From the NCBI GenBank assembly GCA_045862955.1, contig BTVI01000010.1, forward strand, positions 27,512 through 91,511: a stretch of 64,000 nt of DNA, given 5' to 3'. Below, one piece after another: positions 59,427-64,000 of the stretch. The notes under the pieces are model-generated. The model was not told where the DNA came from. It worked only from the letters and a program-made list of their open reading frames with translations, and searched no databases. The position numbers and the translations under genes are program-made. The stretch's first letter is position 1. Every line of letters begins with the position of its first letter. Source of the DNA: Fimbriimonadales bacterium. Lineage in GTDB: Bacteria > Armatimonadota > Fimbriimonadia > Fimbriimonadales > JABRVX01.

Positions 59427-59889
59427 CCATGCTGTGCCTGCCGCCATGCTGATGCTGTCGTCGCGCCGATCCTGTCGTCATACCGATCCTGTCGCCATGC
59501 TGGGTCTGTCCTGCTGATCCTGCTGTCATGTTGATCCTGTCGCCATGCTGAGCTTGTCGCCGTGCCGGTCATGTCGCCACGCTGAGTCTGTCAAGTTGAT
59601 CCTGCTGTCATGTTGATCCTGTCGTCATGGTGAGCTTGTCGCCGTGCCGGTCATGTCGCCACGCTGAGTCTGTCAAGCTGATCCTGCTGTGATGTTGATC
59701 CTGTCGTCATGCTGAGCTTGTCGAAGCATGCGACCGCCAGCCGCACGTTCTCGACTTCACGAGCAGGCTCCGACACTCACCGATGCATGCTTCGACAGGC
59801 TCGGCATGACGGTGTAGGCTGCCCGAACCTCACCACGGCAAGGCGAGAGGGATTGAGAGTCCGCAATGCTTCGACAGGCTCACAATGAC
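59427..59889. repeat. Minisatellite (~17-bp monomers, 82-bp higher-order unit) fused to a 105-bp inverted-repeat element and an extra arm
   Basis: Unit starts at 59513, 59595 and 59677; element 59706-59810; arm 59866-59889. Confidence 0.85.
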
Positions 59890-59982
59890 GATGCACGTGG
59901 TTCCACCTGGTCACCCGGGGCCTCAGGGCGAGTCACCGATACACCCTCCCCTAGATCCTATGCCATTACCACTCGCGTCTCT

Positions 59983-60154
59983 ATGCCCCGGCCCGCGTCC
60001 GCCGACTAGAAGTTACCGTCGGCACGCATTGAACTGAAGGACCGCGCCGGGGCATGCTACGTCGCCCCTTGCTAGCATTCCATGCCCTGGCCCGCGTCCG
60101 GCGAGTAGCAGCACCGATCGCACGAAGCCAACCAAACGACCGCGCCGGGGCATG
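59983..60154. repeat. Two tandem 72-73-bp palindromic elements
   Basis: ATGCCCYGGCCCGCGTCCGSCG-N34/35-GACCGCGCCGGGGCAT. Confidence 0.8.
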
Positions 60155-60287
60155 AATCGGCACATCCCGTGTCGGTGTAGTCGTGGACTGGTTCAATCAG
60201 GCCCGCGATGGCGGGAAGCCGGCCTCCCAATTCCCGCGCCCGACGAAGGACATGACGGCGCTGCCAGGAGAGGGCGATCCACTGACA

Positions 60288-61529
60288 TCACCTAGCAGCC
60301 GGCAACGGAAGCTTGGCCACACACACGGCAGGGCCGTCACTTAGGTCGGGGATAGACAGCCGTATCCCGCCCTCTCGCTCGACCCAGTACGCCCTCTCTC
60401 CGGTGTGCAGCCACACGGCACCCGGACCGGGTGCCGCGATAGGCAGGTCCACGACCCCGCGCCCGGTGCGTCGGATGTGCACGTATATGGCGTCCTTGGT
60501 GTGTGTGGTACCACCAAAGTCACCTGGCGGCACCGGACCTCCACGGGCAGCATAGACTGCCTCTCCATGCACCCGCAGCCACGCACCCATCGCTCGCAGC
60601 AGTCGCTGTTGCTCGTCCGGCATCCGGCCCTCCGGGGTGGGGCCCACGTTGATGAGGAAGTTGCCGTCACCACATACCACCTGGGAGAGTATCTCGATCA
60701 GCCGATCCTCCGACTTGTATCTGTCACCAGCTCGGTAGCTCCACTGCTCGCCGAGCGTCATACACGTCTCCCAAGGTCGCACCGTGTCGAAGGCACCGAT
60801 GTGCTGCTCGGGTGTTAGGTAGTCACCGAGGTATCCAGGCTCGGTGCCGGGCTTAGCCGGGCCCACCCGGTTGTTGATCACCAACTTGGGGCTCTTTGCC
60901 ATGCAGTATGCCAGCAGGTCCGCGGCTCGGTCGGGGTTCCACGGCGGCTCCCACTGGCCGTCGAACCATAACAACTCGACACCATAGCGTGTCATCAGCT
61001 CGTCCAGGTGCTTTTTCATGTATGACACGTAGCGCTCGAGGTCCGCATCGGTCTTCGGTTTCGATCCGCCGGGGCTATCAGTGGGCCAATTCGGATGCCA
61101 CCAATCCAGAATGGAGTAGTACACGCCGAAGTGCAGACCGTGCTTTCGCGAAGCGGCAGCCAGCTCGCCTATGATGTCGCGGCGGAAGGGGGTCGAAGCG
61201 ATGTCGTAGTCTGTTGTATCGCTCGGCCACATGCAGAAGCCGTCGTGATGCTTGGACACCGGCACCACGTAGCGGCAGCCAGCCTGCTTCGCCAGCCGTA
61301 TCCAAGCGTCGGCATCGAAGGCGGCGGGGTCGAAGCGCTCATACAGCCGGTCATACTCCTCGATGGACTCGCTCGCCCCACGCGACCAACCGATCTCCTG
61401 CCCCGAGAGGCTGCTAGGGCCCCAGTGGATGAACAAGCCGACGCGGGCTTCGCGCCACCACGCAAGGCGCGCGTCGTCGCCGGAGGTCCCCGAGAATGCC
61501 AAGGCAGCAGCGAGCAAGAACCACATCAT
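60288..61529 (-). CDS. GH29 alpha-L-fucosidase
   Basis: GLFIHWG, KHHDGF, WFDG, INNR, WETCMT. Confidence 0.93.
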   Translation of the reverse strand: MMWFLLAAALAFSGTSGDDARLAWWREARVGLFIHWGPSSLSGQEIGWSRGASESIEEYDRLYERFDPAAFDADAWIRLAKQAGCRYVVPVSKHHDGFCMWPSDTTDYDIASTPFRRDIIGELAAASRKHGLHFGVYYSILDWWHPNWPTDSPGGSKPKTDADLERYVSYMKKHLDELMTRYGVELLWFDGQWEPPWNPDRAADLLAYCMAKSPKLVINNRVGPAKPGTEPGYLGDYLTPEQHIGAFDTVRPWETCMTLGEQWSYRAGDRYKSEDRLIEILSQVVCGDGNFLINVGPTPEGRMPDEQQRLLRAMGAWLRVHGEAVYAARGGPVPPGDFGGTTHTKDAIYVHIRRTGRGVVDLPIAAPGPGAVWLHTGERAYWVEREGGIRLSIPDLSDGPAVCVAKLPLPAAR

Positions 61530-61640
61530 GGTGCTAGGTTACCCGTGGCGTTGCCGGCGCCCGCCTAGCAGGTCGAACCCTCGCTGTGTCGAACCTTTCC
61601 GTAGAGGCCGGTAAAGACCGATCGGCAGAGGAGAAGACGC

Positions 61641-63023
61641 ATGCTCACCATTATCGCCCTGGCATTCGTCACGAGCGCCCAGGCCCCGCGAATCCACTCC
61701 GTGACGGACATTTCCCACGAGTTCACGTTCTACATGGATGGCCGATTTCACAGCCAATACATCGGCGAGAACGGCATTGACGTTCGCAACTGGGGCTCGC
61801 TCTGGAAGCAGGACCTGGGGAACGCCAACTTGCTCATTCTGAGCAGCGGACAGACGAGAGTGGACTACGACGAACGGACCATCGCGCACGTACGGGCGTT
61901 CGCGCAGGACGGCGGGGGAGTGGTCATCCTCTCCGACCAGACCGGAAGTGAACCGGTCAGCATTCAGAAGCTGGCGAAGGCTTTCGGCGCCGAGTTCTTA
62001 GCCGAGCGTGCCCAGCAGCCCCTGACTGCAGACGAATCGCTCGCGGCGGACAAGGTGGAGTTCTACGGTGGCGGGGTGCTCAGGCTCGGACCGGGATGGA
62101 AAACCCTAGTGCGAGACGCGGCGGGCAAGCCGGTCCTAGCGAGGCGCATGTACGGAAAGGGTCACGTGCTGGTCGGCATCCGTGGCCTATTCGGCAACCG
62201 CCCCGATGCGAGCGACCCCATTAACGCGATCTGGGTGAAGCCGCTCCTGCTGGACCTGGCGAGAGGCAAGAAGGTGGATCTGGCGAGGCCGCCGCAAGGT
62301 CAGTTCGCCGAGCTAACGCAGCAGGTCGGTCCTCTTACCGTCGAGTTCAGCGAGGGTATGAAGCCCTTCGCGGACATGATCACCAAGGAGTACCTGGAGG
62401 TCCGACCGCACCTCGTTGCCATCACGGGAGTGGAGCCCTCTCCCGGCATGATCGGCCGGCTGCTGCTGCTGCCGACGGGTGGGGGAGGCTTTTCTAGTGG
62501 CGAGCGGATCGCGATCGGAGCCTGGTGGGGCGACTACCCGAAGAACCGCTATCCTATGATCGAGCTGATCGGACACGAGGCCGGGCATTCGTGGGTGCTC
62601 CCCTACGCCGAGCCCGTGTGGAATGAGCCCATCGCCACCTATCTGGGTATTCAGGTGGGCAGGCGCATGGGGATGCCCGAGGCGGACGAGACGCTAAAGA
62701 AGACCATCGAGCGGGCGCGGGCCAAGGACCCCGACTTCACCGCCATAGATATCAAGAAGCCCGACGCACCGACCGAGGTGATTTGGGGCAAGACCTTCTA
62801 CATCTTCGAGGAGCTCGAGGCCAAGTACGGCCCCGGCGTCATCGCCAAGTACTTCCGCGAGAAGAGGCAGACCCTGAAGCCTGGAAGGTCCGGTTACTCC
62901 CTGGACGACTGTGTGGCGGTGTGGAGTAGGGCGGTCGGCGAGGACCTGTTCCCGTGGTTCCGGTCGCTGGGCATTTCCGTATCCGCAGAGGCGACGGACA
63001 TCCCGATTTCCAAGAAGTCGTAA
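61641..63023 (+). CDS. Secreted two-domain protein: GATase-like N-domain plus gluzincin metallopeptidase domain
   Basis: Signal peptide; FAQDGGGVVIL; HEAGH...WNEPIATY. Confidence 0.6.
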   Translation: MLTIIALAFVTSAQAPRIHSVTDISHEFTFYMDGRFHSQYIGENGIDVRNWGSLWKQDLGNANLLILSSGQTRVDYDERTIAHVRAFAQDGGGVVILSDQTGSEPVSIQKLAKAFGAEFLAERAQQPLTADESLAADKVEFYGGGVLRLGPGWKTLVRDAAGKPVLARRMYGKGHVLVGIRGLFGNRPDASDPINAIWVKPLLLDLARGKKVDLARPPQGQFAELTQQVGPLTVEFSEGMKPFADMITKEYLEVRPHLVAITGVEPSPGMIGRLLLLPTGGGGFSSGERIAIGAWWGDYPKNRYPMIELIGHEAGHSWVLPYAEPVWNEPIATYLGIQVGRRMGMPEADETLKKTIERARAKDPDFTAIDIKKPDAPTEVIWGKTFYIFEELEAKYGPGVIAKYFREKRQTLKPGRSGYSLDDCVAVWSRAVGEDLFPWFRSLGISVSAEATDIPISKKS

Positions 63024-63122
63024 CGGGCACGTGCATTTTTGCACGGATCGGGTTATCATGTGGGAGGATGTGCAGGCACCCGTGCGGCGCGTGCGGTTTT
63101 CCGCGCGCCATAGGAGGCGAAC

Positions 63123-64000
63123 GTGAAAGCGATTACCCTCGTCGCGGCCCTCGCGGCATTATCCTGCTATGCCACACCAGAGCAGGACATCGTCAACGCT
63201 ATCTCCGCCGATAGGATGATGGACAACATCAAGTATCTTAGCGGCGCCACGTCTGCAATCAAGACGCGATACACGCCGTCGAGCGGCTGTTTCGCGGCTT
63301 CTAGCTGGACGAAGGCGTACTTCGAGTCGCTGGGCTATACGGTTACCCTGCAGTCGTGGGGGACCGTGGACGGCTACCCTGCAGCCCCGAACGTCATTGC
63401 TCGCAAGCCCGGGACCAGTGGGACGAACGAGGTGTATGTCATCTGCGCACACCTAGATTCTGTCTCGAACCAGAGCTGGACGAATGCGCCCGGTGCAGAC
63501 GACAATGCCTCGGGCAGCGCGATCGTGATGGAAGCAGCGCTGCTTCTGCAGAACTACCCCACCGAGTACAACGTCGAGTTCGTGCTGTTCACTGGGGAGG
63601 AGCAGTGGATGCTCGGGAGTAGCTATTACGTCCAGAACCCCGGTGGCAGACAATTTCTAGGCGCTATCAACTGCGATATGACGGCCTATGAGAAAAACCC
63701 CGGCACTCCCATCGTGGTCGCGCAATGCAACTACATCTATCCGCTGGCGGATCTGGTGGCACAGCTCAGCCAGTACTACAACCCCGGTCGCGCGGTGGCT
63801 CGGCACGAGCAATGCCCCAGCGATCAGTGGGAGTTCGGCTACGCAGGCATCCCCAACTGCATGGTGGCCGAAGCTACGGCTGAGCAGATCTGGGGTGGCT
63901 CCAATCCGAACTACCACAGAACTACGGATACCTGGAACTACCTGCACCCGTCGTTCCAGCGCGAGTGCGCCATCGCTGCCATAGCAGGCATCGCACACCT
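63123..64000 (+). CDS. M28 family aminopeptidase (3' truncated by window edge)
   Basis: GTG start after GGAGG; NVIA, CAHLDS, GADDNASG, GEEQ, NCDM, SDQ. Confidence 0.9.
   Translation, partial: MKAITLVAALAALSCYATPEQDIVNAISADRMMDNIKYLSGATSAIKTRYTPSSGCFAASSWTKAYFESLGYTVTLQSWGTVDGYPAAPNVIARKPGTSGTNEVYVICAHLDSVSNQSWTNAPGADDNASGSAIVMEAALLLQNYPTEYNVEFVLFTGEEQWMLGSSYYVQNPGGRQFLGAINCDMTAYEKNPGTPIVVAQCNYIYPLADLVAQLSQYYNPGRAVARHEQCPSDQWEFGYAGIPNCMVAEATAEQIWGGSNPNYHRTTDTWNYLHPSFQRECAIAAIAGIAH

Noticed and set aside
59427..59730. CRISPR array
   Set aside because: The units are tandem with repeated rather than unique spacers, and no cas genes are in the window.

Overview
A GC-rich, gene-dense bacterial chromosome segment, mostly housekeeping. 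It combines diderm traits (FlgH/FlgI rings, outer-membrane beta-barrel, RseB/MucB-like protein) with Terrabacteria traits (PASTA kinase-rpe, tmk-darA-holB, fliW-csrA, HspR operator). This suggests Armatimonadota, which is an inference, not a database result. Contents in order: aroB, PASTA kinase, rpe, ribD/E/BA/H, htrA, ycf45-like ATPase, tmk-darA-holB, a decayed or frameshifted membrane-protein locus, ROK regulator, ECF sigma/ZAS anti-sigma/MucB-like/DegP operon, alpha-2-macroglobulin-VanW-glmS-DUF362, flgFGAHIJNKL-fliW-csrA, ispG, isolated rplJL with L10 leader, ftsY, GH38, clpB and several hydrolases/peptidases. I found no tRNA, rRNA, CRISPR, transposase or integrase. The most unusual signals are: FlgA carrying an N-terminal FlgG rod-like domain next to a Cys-free FlgH; a PASTA pseudokinase lacking the catalytic Asp; an M1 pseudopeptidase; holB with no canonical start codon; recurrent leaderless-type promoters; a structured intergenic RNA candidate; and dispersed constant-length palindromic elements, one abutting a hierarchical minisatellite. 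All assignments come from reading motifs by eye; no searches were run.
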